From a virus, in the IMG/VR virus record IMGVR_UViG_3300022602_000039, positions 32,001 through 96,000 of that record: 64,000 bases of DNA; one strand, written 5' to 3'. Below the pieces are notes generated by a model. It was not told where the DNA came from. It saw only the letters and a program-made list of their open reading frames with translations, and made no database searches. The position numbers were made by a program, and so were the translations under genes. Shown here piece after piece: positions 18,155-28,357 of this stretch; within the stretch, counting starts at the first letter, position 1, and every line of letters begins with the position of its first letter.

Positions 18155-18409
18155 CTAGAGTAATTCTAACTGTTCTGGAGTTTTTTCTAATTCATCCCCT
18201 TCATTCCAGTTATCTCCACAGCAATCGCATTTATATTTGATAGCTTTACCGACTACGTTATCCTTGATCTTCTTATCAATGAGATCAAGGATCTGAGTTA
18301 CAATGCCAGTACTACCGTAGTGTTCGCAATCAGGGTTACAATTTCTAACCCGATCACCAACCTTAAATTTATCTACAGATTGCTTGTGGAAGTCTTTAAA
18401 ACTAAGCAT
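18155..18409 (-). CDS. SH3/KOW-like small protein, putative internal head protein
   Basis: FKVGDRVRN...HYGSTGIV; N-terminus MLSFKDF; ATAAATA upstream. Confidence 0.6.
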   Translation of the reverse strand: MLSFKDFHKQSVDKFKVGDRVRNCNPDCEHYGSTGIVTQILDLIDKKIKDNVVGKAIKYKCDCCGDNWNEGDELEKTPEQLELL

Positions 18410-18436
18410 ACAGATATTTATGTATGCTAGTTTAGA

Positions 18437-18853
18437 TTACTTCTTTTTCTTCTTGGCAATAAACTTACCGCTCTTCTTACAACGAGCTTGCTTTATAGGT
18501 CTCTTAAGTTCCTTAACTGTCTTCTTATTAACGGTAAGTTTCAACGGTTTATTCTGACTCTGAATGGTACAATCAATAAGATAATCCATACGCTCAAAGA
18601 GATAGTCCTTGTTTCCAGCGTACCGTCCGTTAAGAAGAAGCTTCATCTCCATGGCAATATCACGTAGTGCGCTATTCTTGGTAATACCTTCTGTAATAAA
18701 ATTCTCTCTGTTTGTGGCCATCTGCCTATTAACATAGAGCGTATTACCAATTCTGTTCAATGTTGTGGAATTTGAACGAAGGGTATAGTCAATAATGGAA
18801 TCAATGATGTTTGTCATATTTCTAGTTATAGATTGAAGAGAAGGAATATGCAA
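18437..18853 (-). CDS. hypothetical protein with basic tail
   Basis: C-terminal RCKKSGKFI motif. Confidence 0.6.
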   Translation of the reverse strand: MHIPSLQSITRNMTNIIDSIIDYTLRSNSTTLNRIGNTLYVNRQMATNRENFITEGITKNSALRDIAMEMKLLLNGRYAGNKDYLFERMDYLIDCTIQSQNKPLKLTVNKKTVKELKRPIKQARCKKSGKFIAKKKKK

Positions 18854-18904
18854 CTCCTTTTTAATTTCTATTGATTCTTATATAATATAGGTTAAATTTA
18901 AGAT

Positions 18905-19843
18905 ATGGATAAATTCGCTATCTTTCACATTGATGGTGGTTGTGGTAAGAACATTGTAGCTACCTCAGTCGTCAAGTCTATTAAAGCTGCTTACCCTGAA
19001 CACAAGCTCATAGTTGTGACAGCATGGCCTGAAGTGTTTATACATAACCCTCATATTCATCGTGTTTATAAGTTTGGTAATCTTCCATACTTCTACGATG
19101 ATTATATTGATGGAAAGGATTCAAAGATCTTTAGAATGGAGCCGTATCACTCTGAAGATCTTCTCTATCGTCGTAAGTCATTAGCTGGTATTTGGTGTGA
19201 TATTTTTGGTATACCTTGTATTGATGATAAACCAAACATCTTCCTTACTGAACGTGAAATTCTTTTTACTCAACAGCAGCTACAAAAAGACGGTCCTGTT
19301 CTTTTAGTTCAATCCTCAGGTGGTGCCGAACAACAAGGTCATCCTTATTCATGGTCAAGAGATCTTCCACCGCCATTTGCCCAGGAAGTTGTTGATGCCG
19401 TTCGTGGTAGCTTTAGTAAAGTTCTTCACGTACGTAGAGATAATCAACCGGAGATAACTAATACAATTAAAATTACCGATGGCTTTAGAAGTCTCTTCTG
19501 TTATGTAGCACTCGCTGACAAGATTCTTGCTATAGATTCGTTTGCCCAACATGCAGCGGCAGCCTTTAATCGCCCAGCAGTCGTAGGATGGATATCTAAC
19601 TCACCTATTGTATTCGGTCATGATATACATACTAATATCGTTGCTACCGGTCACGAGTCTTTCCGTCACCGTATTGATAGCTATCTAGAGTCTGATGATT
19701 GGACTGGCGGTCGTTTCCATGAATGTCCATATGATAATATTTCTACAATGTTTGATAAAGATCAGTTCGTAGAAGCCCTTCTTGGTTCAAAGTCTGGTGA
19801 ATTACTATTTGATATGCCACCAATGGCTACTACAATAATCTAA
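18905..19843 (+). CDS. glycosyltransferase, GT9 (heptosyltransferase)-like
   Basis: GGCGKNIVAT N-terminus; LAIDSFAQHAAAAF GT-B motif. Confidence 0.8.
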   Translation: MDKFAIFHIDGGCGKNIVATSVVKSIKAAYPEHKLIVVTAWPEVFIHNPHIHRVYKFGNLPYFYDDYIDGKDSKIFRMEPYHSEDLLYRRKSLAGIWCDIFGIPCIDDKPNIFLTEREILFTQQQLQKDGPVLLVQSSGGAEQQGHPYSWSRDLPPPFAQEVVDAVRGSFSKVLHVRRDNQPEITNTIKITDGFRSLFCYVALADKILAIDSFAQHAAAAFNRPAVVGWISNSPIVFGHDIHTNIVATGHESFRHRIDSYLESDDWTGGRFHECPYDNISTMFDKDQFVEALLGSKSGELLFDMPPMATTII

Positions 19844-19844
19844 T

Positions 19845-20663
19845 ATGATATTCTTTAACTCTTCCATGCCTCGTAGCATGAGTACACTTCTTCAGTGTAT
19901 TCTTAATCAGAATCCTGATATCGCAGCTACACCTACTGATCCTGTATTAGAGTATCTTTACGGTGCTAGAATGAATTATACAAATACTCCAGAAGTTAAG
20001 GCTATTGATCCTGAGCTTGCAGCAAGAGCTTGGAGAGGGTTCTGCTGGGGCGGTCTCGAGAACTACGCAACAGTGTATTCAGAGAAGCCTCATCTTTGTA
20101 TTAAGACTCGAGGCGGTACGATACACTACCGTTGGTTTGAATCTTTTATGCCATATAAGCCTAAGATGATTTGTATGGTAAGAAATCTAAAAAGCATCTT
20201 TTCTTCTATGGAAAAGCTCTACCGTAAGAATCAAGAGCACCATCAAGCTATTCAGAATCATGCAGAGATGAAAGGGACATCAACGGCAAAGCGTATTGAT
20301 AGTTGGTGTGCTTCACCTCCTGTTGGTCTTGCTCTAGAGCGTTTACAGCAGTGCTTCCTTGAAGGAATAAATCAAGAAGTTCTATATATTCGTGCTGAAG
20401 ATTTAACTTCATACCCAGAAAGAGAAATGAATAAGATCTACCAGTATCTTGAGCTCACACCTTTCAAGCACGATTTTAATAATGTAGAGCAATCAATCAA
20501 GGAAGACGATTCAGTTTACGGGTTAACATCCGACCTTCATACTATCCGTCAATCTGTTCAGCCTTTAACACCTGACTACAGTACGATTCTTGGTAAGCAG
20601 ATCTGTGATTGGATTGATAATAACTTTGCTTGGTATCAGCAAGGTTTTGGCTATACTAAATAA
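19845..20663 (+). CDS. PAPS-dependent sulfotransferase
   Basis: 5'-PSB motif SSMPRSMSTLL; MVRNL..IFSS; IRAEDL. Confidence 0.85.
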   Translation: MIFFNSSMPRSMSTLLQCILNQNPDIAATPTDPVLEYLYGARMNYTNTPEVKAIDPELAARAWRGFCWGGLENYATVYSEKPHLCIKTRGGTIHYRWFESFMPYKPKMICMVRNLKSIFSSMEKLYRKNQEHHQAIQNHAEMKGTSTAKRIDSWCASPPVGLALERLQQCFLEGINQEVLYIRAEDLTSYPEREMNKIYQYLELTPFKHDFNNVEQSIKEDDSVYGLTSDLHTIRQSVQPLTPDYSTILGKQICDWIDNNFAWYQQGFGYTK

Positions 20664-21503
20664 CAATATGTCACAATTAAAATTTAGTGTAACTGAGGAT
20701 GGAAAGAAGTTAGTTACTTTTGATATTACTGAAGAAAGATTTGCAGTATTCGGATCAAAAGATAATGTTTGACTACCGCCACCACCGCCACTAAAAATTG
20801 TAGCTAGATCAACACCACCTGAAAGATACTGACCGGTTACGTTTAATGTACCGTTCATTGTACCACCGTTAGCAAATTGTTGAGCTACCGAACCACCACC
20901 TCCACCGAGTTCAAGAATGCGACGTGCGTGCTTATTAACTTGCTCTTCAATTAATTTCTTAATATCCTCAATCTTTTCCGGGTCCTTTACGTTAGCAATC
21001 TTTGAAGTAAGCTTGTCAAACTCATCAACGTAATTATCTGTAGGGTTTTTGGCAGTAGGTGGTGTAGTTTGTCTCTCAAGCTCTTGAATATAATCATTAT
21101 TAATTACAGGAGCCTTTGGTTCCTCTACCGGTAATTCTTGTTCCTTTATTTCCTCTTGTATCGGCAATTCAACTGGAGGAATAACTGTTTCCTTCGGTGG
21201 TGAAGTTAATATGTTTTTTAATTTACCGAGAAAATCACCAAAATTATCTTTTTCTTCTACTACCTCTGTTATATCCTCCTCAACAACAGGTTGGTCTTGT
21301 ATAACAGGCGTTTCTGCAGGAACTGTAGGGAGATGTGCTTCAACTTGTTTAGCTATCTTCTCTTGTAAATTAGCTAAAGTAACAGCAAGAGGTGTAACAG
21401 TTTCCGGAGCTTCAAGCCCTTCCATAATGGCTCTATGCTCTTTCTCAACATTAATCTTCTCTGAAAGATTAGATAGAAAGCTTAATAACGGATCTTGTTC
21501 CAC
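20565..21503 (-). CDS. acidic/Pro-rich phage protein; true C-terminus apparently lost at ~20735
   Basis: GGGGGSVAQQFANGG motif; last ~55 aa read antisense through neighbouring genes. Confidence 0.65.
   Translation of the reverse strand: MEQDPLLSFLSNLSEKINVEKEHRAIMEGLEAPETVTPLAVTLANLQEKIAKQVEAHLPTVPAETPVIQDQPVVEEDITEVVEEKDNFGDFLGKLKNILTSPPKETVIPPVELPIQEEIKEQELPVEEPKAPVINNDYIQELERQTTPPTAKNPTDNYVDEFDKLTSKIANVKDPEKIEDIKKLIEEQVNKHARRILELGGGGGSVAQQFANGGTMNGTLNVTGQYLSGGVDLATIFSGGGGGSQTLSFDPNTANLSSVISKVTNFFPSSVTLNFNCDILLFSIAKTLLIPSKVIINPITDLLTKNRTVVRC
20668..20772 (+). pseudogene. 5' fragment of a gene, apparently cut at ~20735
   Basis: TAAATA then MSQLKFSVTEDGKKLVTFDITEE, followed by the antisense of the convergent gene. 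Confidence 0.45.
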
Positions 21504-21531
21504 GCTATTATTTACATCAAAAAACTAAGAA

Positions 21532-21978
21532 TTATATAGCTTTACTCCTTATAATCTTGTTTATATACTGTCTTAAATGTTTACTATAATCAATAGATTC
21601 AGTAGTGTCAATATTACTAGTTGAAACACTCTCACGTATAAACGTTGGTGTTGTTACTTCATGAAAATCTGAAGGTAGATCAAAGGCTGCTGTATTAATT
21701 GTTGATTCTGGAAGCTCACCGTCTTCACAAACCACAAGCTTAAACTTTACGTTATCAAATACCTCACCATCTGACAATTTTATACTGGTAACAAGAAACT
21801 TTTCTCCAGAATCTTCAGTTATATAACTATGAATAAATTCCTTGTTCTTTGTTACAATATTAGCAACATTATTAAGACTCTCTTCTAGAGGACGACAAAA
21901 GATAATATTTTCTGCCTCTTCTGTGTCTACAAAATTGCAGGTTACACGGTTATCTATTAAAATCTCACTAAAATGCAC
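21532..21978 (-). CDS. hypothetical protein
   Basis: ORF with TAAATA upstream. Confidence 0.6.
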   Translation of the reverse strand: MHFSEILIDNRVTCNFVDTEEAENIIFCRPLEESLNNVANIVTKNKEFIHSYITEDSGEKFLVTSIKLSDGEVFDNVKFKLVVCEDGELPESTINTAAFDLPSDFHEVTTPTFIRESVSTSNIDTTESIDYSKHLRQYINKIIRSKAI

Positions 21979-21986
21979 ATGAGTAT

Positions 21987-22424
21987 TTATGAAAGAAAAA
22001 CAGAATTCAATGATGAAGATAACTGTATTATTTCAATGCCGTAATCCTTTGCAATATTCTCTGGTGAATAGGATTCATCAAACTTGTACGACTCTACATA
22101 AACAATTTTCTTAATTCCGTAAGCTGCTAATGTTTTTAAACAATCATTACAAGGAGCATGTGTAATGGCAGCAAGATAACACTCACCTGGTTTAATCATT
22201 CGACAGGCATTTACTTCTGCATGAATTACGCGTTTGTGTTTCTCTACTCGATTATGCCAATCAATCTCAACTCCTGATGGTGCTCCGTTATACCCTAGAC
22301 TTGCAACTGTATGATCAGGTCGTAATAAACAGCATCCAACTTTCGTTCTTGGATCTTCAGATCTTAATGCTGCAACCATCGCTAATTGAATAGCATATTC
22401 ATCCCACGATATTCTCTTACTCAT
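21987..22424 (-). CDS. dCMP deaminase
   Basis: RSEDP.TKVGC, GYNG, HAEVNA, PCNDC; likely start at MSKRISW. Confidence 0.92.
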   Translation of the reverse strand: MSKRISWDEYAIQLAMVAALRSEDPRTKVGCCLLRPDHTVASLGYNGAPSGVEIDWHNRVEKHKRVIHAEVNACRMIKPGECYLAAITHAPCNDCLKTLAAYGIKKIVYVESYKFDESYSPENIAKDYGIEIIQLSSSLNSVFLS

Positions 22425-22999
22425 AGCTTTAAAAAGATGTCCCATTCAGGGATGTTTTTGTGATTGTTAATATAGAACATTGTTGGTACAGCTCTTGGTT
22501 CGTATGGTTGACGAATGAGCTTGAGACCTGCTTCCTCAGGTGTTCTATTACCCTTTTTATGATTTACTTCTTTATGAGAAAGAACGCAATTTGTCCATGT
22601 TGTTCTACCGCCCTTACTCCTTGGTAAAACGTGATCAATATTGGCTTCGTTTGGTGTTAGCTTCTTACCTGTATACTGACAAACTCCACCATCTCTATTC
22701 CAGATAGCTTTCGAAGAGAACTTCGGTCTTCTCTTTGGTACTTGATTGTATTCACATAATACAATGACCTTAGGGACCTTTATTTTACCACGTACAGTAC
22801 TAATGTATTCAGCCTTCTCATCAAAAGGTAAGGAGATCCAATTCTCCCACGAATACGGCACCATGTTATCATACCCTACGATATCTAAACCCGTAGCGTT
22901 ACCAACGTACATCATTGATAGAGCTTCAGCTGCTGACTTTACATGGATGGCTTGCCAGCTTCTATTTAAAATAAGAACAGATTCACTTGTTAGGTTCAT
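22421..22999 (-). CDS. HNH endonuclease (McrA-like)
   Basis: VLILNRSWQ; RDGGVCQYTG; NIDHVLPRSKGG..TWTNCV...N..KG.RTPEEAG. Confidence 0.92.
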   Translation of the reverse strand: MNLTSESVLILNRSWQAIHVKSAAEALSMMYVGNATGLDIVGYDNMVPYSWENWISLPFDEKAEYISTVRGKIKVPKVIVLCEYNQVPKRRPKFSSKAIWNRDGGVCQYTGKKLTPNEANIDHVLPRSKGGRTTWTNCVLSHKEVNHKKGNRTPEEAGLKLIRQPYEPRAVPTMFYINNHKNIPEWDIFLKL

Positions 23000-23003
23000 A
23001 AAA

Positions 23004-23234
23004 TTAAAATGATATTTTAAAAGTCGTAAATGTCAAGACACGATTTACTGTAAAGTCTTTTACAAACTCACCTGTCAGGATGAAATTTGTTGTCTTTAGT
23101 CTATATGTTGATTCAGTGTGATTATTAATAATATCAATATTATTGATATACGGGTAGTCGGCAGGTGATAGAACCACATTGGTGTCTGCAAAACAGGCAC
23201 AACACAAGAATAAAAACACTAACAATGTTCTCAC
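23004..23234 (-). CDS. small secreted protein
   Basis: N-terminal signal peptide. Confidence 0.5.
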   Translation of the reverse strand: MRTLLVFLFLCCACFADTNVVLSPADYPYINNIDIINNHTESTYRLKTTNFILTGEFVKDFTVNRVLTFTTFKISF

Positions 23235-23354
23235 TTCTTCTTATATTTATTACTTTTAAATTTCTTTAAATGAGGTATATACTCAGGCGGATAGTATTTT
23301 TTTCTTAACTCTAAATACCACTTTTTGTCTTCAGGAGAGACAATTACGTTTTTA

Positions 23355-23681
23355 TCAACATTGTAAATACTCATATACATCCGGAGTTACCTGCTCCTTT
23401 GCTTCCTCTGAAAGAACATTATCAATCCATGAAAGAGCTTCTCTCTTTTTACCTTCACGAATCATCTCTGATATTGCATTAAGCTCTTTAAAGTTTTTCT
23501 CTACGTAATGCTTACGGTTACCCCATTTTTCGGCTAATAGCAGGGTAGCGTTACCAATTAAGCACTGATTCTTATACCACTGATAAACATGGGAAGCAAA
23601 ATTATCGGCAAGAAAATATGCCTCAATATCAAAGTCGTTATCCTCGTCCATTGCCTTTAACAAAAAATTTAATTTTAGCAA
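23355..23681 (-). CDS. hypothetical protein
   Basis: ORF. Confidence 0.6.
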   Translation of the reverse strand: MLKLNFLLKAMDEDNDFDIEAYFLADNFASHVYQWYKNQCLIGNATLLLAEKWGNRKHYVEKNFKELNAISEMIREGKKREALSWIDNVLSEEAKEQVTPDVYEYLQC

Positions 23682-23877
23682 ACGTCATATCTTTATCAGT
23701 GATAATGTATCGAAACGGTTTGTTTTTGTATTTTTCCTGCTCGATGTAGATAGCGCGTTTAATTATAGATTCACGCTCTTCATAGGTAGGTTCATACTTA
23801 AAGACAATTGTCTGTGTGTATGAACGTTCGTTCTTTACGGGTTTCTTTGCTTTAGTAGCTTGTTTAGCCATACCCAC
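23638..23877 (-). CDS. hypothetical protein
   Basis: ORF. Confidence 0.55.
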   Translation of the reverse strand: MGMAKQATKAKKPVKNERSYTQTIVFKYEPTYEERESIIKRAIYIEQEKYKNKPFRYIITDKDMTFAKIKFFVKGNGRG

Positions 23878-23897
23878 TATAATAGGGGTATTATAAA

Positions 23898-24269
23898 TTA
23901 GTTCAAGCGAATACTTTCAGGTTTTGTAGAACGGATATAAACTTCACCGTATACTTCTAAAATACCCATGGCAGCTTGAAACTCACGCTGGGACATCTTA
24001 TCCCAATTCTTAAGCTTTCTATATGTTTCATCAGCCATCATCTTAAAGTGTTTATCTCTATCTTCACTCTTTGCATGCTTAATTGCATCCTTGTATGGTC
24101 TTAGTTTAGCTTTATAGTGAATAGCTGTCAACAGGCTGTAACCGCCCTTCTTACGGGTCATCTTCTCAATCTTAATAGCACCAGCTAGACGCTTATGAAG
24201 AAATTCTAAAAAACTCTCCGCTGTATTCAACCCAGACTTAACTGCTTCCATTAATGCTTCTAATCTCAT
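23898..24269 (-). CDS. hypothetical basic protein
   Basis: ORF with ATAAATA late motif. Confidence 0.65.
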   Translation of the reverse strand: MRLEALMEAVKSGLNTAESFLEFLHKRLAGAIKIEKMTRKKGGYSLLTAIHYKAKLRPYKDAIKHAKSEDRDKHFKMMADETYRKLKNWDKMSQREFQAAMGILEVYGEVYIRSTKPESIRLN

Positions 24270-24277
24270 AGAAGTAT

Positions 24278-25927
24278 TTATGCTTCACAGTTTGCACAAG
24301 CTAGAATAGAACGAGCTAATTCTTGAGCTGGGTTCGCCGAACGCTGATAATACAGTGCTTTGATTCCTTGCTCCCATGCAAATATCATAAGTTCATTAAC
24401 GTCCTTAGGCTTTGTATTCGGTGGAATCATTACGTTCAATGATTGACCTTGATCGATGTATTTCTGACGACCGGCAGCTTGGATAATAATCTCCTTCTGA
24501 GAGATTTCACCGAATGTCTTAAAGACATCCTTTTCAGCCTGAGTTAGGAAATCAAGATGTTGAACTGATCCACCCTTCTTTAGGATAGACATCCATGTTT
24601 CGTCATCATGCTTTCCTTTCTCCTTGAGAAGGTGCTTAAGATATGGGTTCTTAAAAGTAAACTTACCCTTAGCTAGATCCTTAACAAAGTAGTTACTGTT
24701 TAAAGGTTCGATAGACGGGCTTACCTGACCAAGAATAAACGAACTTGAAGTAGTTGGAGCTACGGCCAACGTTGTTGTATTTCTACGACCATATCCCTTA
24801 AGAAGTGGTGGTTCGCCGAATTCCTTAGCAAGCTCTACAGAAGCTTTATCTGCCTTATCTCTAATTATCTTCCAAATCTGACCATTGAGAAGCTTAGCCT
24901 GCATTGATTCGAATGCAATCATCTTCTGTTGAAGAAGTGAATGCCACCCTAGAACTCCAACACCGATTGCTCGTTGATTAATAGCAAAGTTTCTTGGATG
25001 ATTCATGAACTTCATTCCATCGGTTTTATTGATGAACTCAGTCATGACTGCATCGAGGAAATAAACAAGGGTTTCAACAGCATCTGTTTCCTTCCAGTCT
25101 TCCCAACGCTCAAGATTAAGTGAAGAAAGATCACAGACAAACGATTCATCAATACCGTTAGAGAGCATGATCTCTGAGCACAAATTACTATGATGAATCT
25201 TTAATCCCTTATCTTTATAAACTTGAGGTGCTTGATTATTGGCATTATCTGTAAAGAAGATATAAGGGTAACCTGATTCAAAGCGCTTCTTAATAACTTG
25301 TCCCCAGATGGCGCGTTTTTCCTTATCACCCTCCATCATGGATTTCATCCATTCATCGGTAATACAAACACCAATAGAAAGATTCTGAATATCATCACCT
25401 TCACCTCTGATCTTAAGGAATTCCTCAATGTCAGCATGATCAATAGGGAGGTAAGCTGCAAACGAACCACGACGTACATTACCTTGGGAAATGTAATTTG
25501 TTAATGACTCAAAAACAGTTAACTGGTGGTGAACACCCGTTGCTTCACCGCCGGAGGAAATCTTAGCACCTCTTGGTCTAATGGCACCAAAGTATCCTGA
25601 CGTACCACCACCGACCTTTGACATAACACCAACTTCAGACATCTTATAAAGGATATCGTCCATATCATCATTTACATAAGAACCAAAACAACTAATTGGT
25701 AACCCGCGATCACGACCAAAATTACTCCAAATAGGTGATGATAAGGAATAAAATCCCTTGTGCATATAATCCTCAAACTTATGAGCAAATCCCTTAATCT
25801 TTAAGAGCTTTTCAGCTGTCTTTGCGATGTCGGTAATACGTTGTTCGGCAGTTTCTCCTTCTAGAAGGTAACCACGTTCGAGAAACTTTCTCGAATCCTT
25901 ATTAAGCCAGTAGATATCCTTATGCAT
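24278..25927 (-). CDS. nrdA: ribonucleotide reductase class Ia alpha subunit (no ATP cone)
   Basis: LPISCF, SNLCSEI, APTTSSS, IEP, ALYYQRS, C-terminal CANCEA. Confidence 0.95.
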   Translation of the reverse strand: MHKDIYWLNKDSRKFLERGYLLEGETAEQRITDIAKTAEKLLKIKGFAHKFEDYMHKGFYSLSSPIWSNFGRDRGLPISCFGSYVNDDMDDILYKMSEVGVMSKVGGGTSGYFGAIRPRGAKISSGGEATGVHHQLTVFESLTNYISQGNVRRGSFAAYLPIDHADIEEFLKIRGEGDDIQNLSIGVCITDEWMKSMMEGDKEKRAIWGQVIKKRFESGYPYIFFTDNANNQAPQVYKDKGLKIHHSNLCSEIMLSNGIDESFVCDLSSLNLERWEDWKETDAVETLVYFLDAVMTEFINKTDGMKFMNHPRNFAINQRAIGVGVLGWHSLLQQKMIAFESMQAKLLNGQIWKIIRDKADKASVELAKEFGEPPLLKGYGRRNTTTLAVAPTTSSSFILGQVSPSIEPLNSNYFVKDLAKGKFTFKNPYLKHLLKEKGKHDDETWMSILKKGGSVQHLDFLTQAEKDVFKTFGEISQKEIIIQAAGRQKYIDQGQSLNVMIPPNTKPKDVNELMIFAWEQGIKALYYQRSANPAQELARSILACANCEA

Positions 25928-25963
25928 ATAGTCTTATTTTAATAGCTAGTTTAAAGATAACAA

Positions 25964-26938
25964 CTAGAATAGATCGTCTTCTGAAAAAGATTGTGACTTC
26001 TTGGAGTACTCAACCGGGCGACTGTGAAAGAAGTCGGTCATATTGTTGCCATGAAGCTCTTCTTCAAACCAGGTTGAAGCTTTTAATAATTCAGTATCAA
26101 CTTCAAAGGGTTTGTGAAAGCCAATACCTTCTAATGAATGATTAATTCTGTTCTTAATGAATTCTTTAAGAAGAGGTGCATTGAGATTCTCTTCATTGAT
26201 ATCATTGAGCATCCAGTCAACAATCTTAGCTTCAGCCTTGAATGCCTCGTGTGCTTCGTGAATAATCTTATCTTCAAGCTCTTGATCAAATAATTCAGGA
26301 TATTCTTCGCGAATTACGTTAATAATCTTCGTACCAACAAGCCCGTGAATATTCTCTTCATTGCGGGTATATTTTACTTGCTGGTCGGTATCCTTAAGAA
26401 CATTCTTAAAGCGTGCAAACCAATTAATTACGTAAAACTGACTGAAGAGTGATACGTTCTCAATAAGAAGAGTGAAGAGTGCAATAGCATAGAGATACTG
26501 CTTCTTTGAATCCTTAAAGCAACGCTTTGTATACTTCTTAAGATACTTTACTCGACCCTGAATCCAAGGGAGTTCTAAGTTCTTTTCAAAGATATCCTCA
26601 AGACCGAGAACAGAAAGTAAACGCTCGTAAGCATTATTATGAATAACTTCTGTATTAGCCATTACATACCCAAGATCATAAATCGAAGGATGTGGAAGAT
26701 TATCACCTAAACGTGCCCAAAATGTCTTTACTGAGACTTCAATCTGACCAATAGCAGACAATACTCTAATAATAGCTTCTCTTTCTTGATCGGATAAATT
26801 AACCTTAAACTGTTGGATATCGGATTTAAAACTAAATTCCTTATCTGTCCAGAATCCATTATGCATTGCTTCAATGAACTCCTCTGTCCATTTATAATTG
26901 TTTGGTTTGCGGCTAATTTGTTCGTCAAAGATCTTCAT
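25964..26938 (-). CDS. nrdB: ribonucleotide reductase class Ia beta subunit
   Basis: FWT, EVIHNNAY, ENVSLFSQF, EENIH, DFFHSRPVEY. Confidence 0.95.
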   Translation of the reverse strand: MKIFDEQISRKPNNYKWTEEFIEAMHNGFWTDKEFSFKSDIQQFKVNLSDQEREAIIRVLSAIGQIEVSVKTFWARLGDNLPHPSIYDLGYVMANTEVIHNNAYERLLSVLGLEDIFEKNLELPWIQGRVKYLKKYTKRCFKDSKKQYLYAIALFTLLIENVSLFSQFYVINWFARFKNVLKDTDQQVKYTRNEENIHGLVGTKIINVIREEYPELFDQELEDKIIHEAHEAFKAEAKIVDWMLNDINEENLNAPLLKEFIKNRINHSLEGIGFHKPFEVDTELLKASTWFEEELHGNNMTDFFHSRPVEYSKKSQSFSEDDLF

Positions 26939-27031
26939 TGTTGTTATAATTTATTAAAAAAACGGTGGTGATCCTGAAGGTCGGATGAACCTTTTTAGAT
27001 CAATTCTTATACGAGTATAGAATAAATACCC

Positions 27032-27253
27032 TTATTTATCAAGGTTGTTTTCTGGCAATTTCCAGATGAAATACCCTACCTTTTCATCGTAGTCTAGGGA
27101 AAGAGCCATGCATTTTTGATATCCTGACCAGCATACACTGCAAACAAGCTTACGTGTAATTTCACTCCAATCTGTCCAGCAGATTATCCTCCAAAAAACA
27201 TCACCAAGATAATAAAAGAATAGGGCTAGAAATTTATAATACAAATGTTTCAT
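27032..27253 (-). CDS. hypothetical protein
   Basis: ORF with a sigma70-like promoter upstream. Confidence 0.55.
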   Translation of the reverse strand: MKHLYYKFLALFFYYLGDVFWRIICWTDWSEITRKLVCSVCWSGYQKCMALSLDYDEKVGYFIWKLPENNLDK

Positions 27254-27278
27254 GTATGTATAATAATGGCTATTTTTA

Positions 27279-27452
27279 CTATTGACAGTGATAATTTAAA
27301 TAACGTTGAGCGGCTTTAGCTGTCAAACCACCCTTACCTTTAAGTCTGCGTGCTTTAGAACAAGTTAATTTACCTTTAACCTGGCGTTTAAGAATACCAG
27401 GATGACGTGGTTCATCTATACTCTTCTCTAAAACATACTCTTTAAATGTCAT
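27279..27452 (-). CDS. small basic protein with T4 internal-protein-like N-terminus (57 aa)
   Basis: MTFKEYVLEKSIDEPRHPGILKRQVKG...HCQ*; ATAAATA upstream; below the ORF-track cutoff. Confidence 0.6.
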   Translation of the reverse strand: MTFKEYVLEKSIDEPRHPGILKRQVKGKLTCSKARRLKGKGGLTAKAAQRYLNYHCQ

Positions 27453-27469
27453 AAGAGTATTTATGGGGT

Positions 27470-27488
27470 AGCGATAAGTAGGAGTCGA
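27470..27488 (-). pseudogene. tRNA 3'-end remnant (U73, Cys-like)
   Basis: TCGACT CCTAC TTATCGC T; correct T-loop / 5-nt / 7-nt spacing. Confidence 0.6.
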
Positions 27489-27502
27489 GAATAAGTAATG
27501 AT

Positions 27503-28357
27503 ATGATCAAAGAAATTAGTAAATTAAAAAATGCTGATATATTATCTGTTGCATGTAGTTTTTGCAATAAAGAATTTAAACGCAAGGTACGGGATATACG
27601 AGCATCGATACGGCGTCGTGGCAGTGATGCCAACAAAATGTATTGTAGTGCTATATGTTCAAATAAAGTAAAAAATAGATCTATAACTACAGAATGCAAA
27701 CAGTGTGGTGAGAGTGTATCGCTGTGGTTGTGTCAAATAAATTCTAAGTATAGAAAATCACAAAATGCATTTTGTAGTACAAAATGTGCAGCAACATATA
27801 ATAATAAGCAGCGATATGTAAATTATATCCCGAAAGTTAAAGACAAAAAAATTAAACACAAGACATGTTATCAGCGTATATGCATACATTGTAACATAGA
27901 ATATACAACACAAAATAAAATATCATCATATTGTTCTGGTCGTTGTAGAAACTTAAATTTAAAGTTGCACAGTTTTGCACATAAGAGTAGCGGTAAATCT
28001 CGTTCAAAGATCGAAGAATATCTCGAACAAAAACTAACAACAGACTATCCAAATTTAGAAATAAAATTTAATGATAAAGATACTATATATTATGAATTAG
28101 ATATACATATTCCAAAGTATAATTTAGCGTTTGAATTAAATGGTGTATTCCATTATCTACCTATCTATGGAGAGGAGACGCTTAAGAAAACGCAGTATAA
28201 GGATCAACAAAAACTACTACGATGTAAAGAAAAAAATATAGATCTACATGTTATAAACCTCGGCAACACATGTTTTTCAAAAGAAAGAGGGGATATAATT
28301 TATAATACTATTATTGATATTATAAAATCACGCTCGGGACAGAGTCGAACTGTCTAA
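27503..28357 (+). CDS. Zn-finger + PD-(D/E)XK putative homing endonuclease
   Basis: FCSTKCAATYNN, RSKIE...ELDIHIPKYNLAFELNGVFHY; ends antisense in tRNA-Cys. Confidence 0.85.
   Translation: MIKEISKLKNADILSVACSFCNKEFKRKVRDIRASIRRRGSDANKMYCSAICSNKVKNRSITTECKQCGESVSLWLCQINSKYRKSQNAFCSTKCAATYNNKQRYVNYIPKVKDKKIKHKTCYQRICIHCNIEYTTQNKISSYCSGRCRNLNLKLHSFAHKSSGKSRSKIEEYLEQKLTTDYPNLEIKFNDKDTIYYELDIHIPKYNLAFELNGVFHYLPIYGEETLKKTQYKDQQKLLRCKEKNIDLHVINLGNTCFSKERGDIIYNTIIDIIKSRSGQSRTV

Noticed and set aside
24278-26938. Intron or intein in nrdA/nrdB
   Set aside because: Both frames are continuous and compact, with no insertion evident
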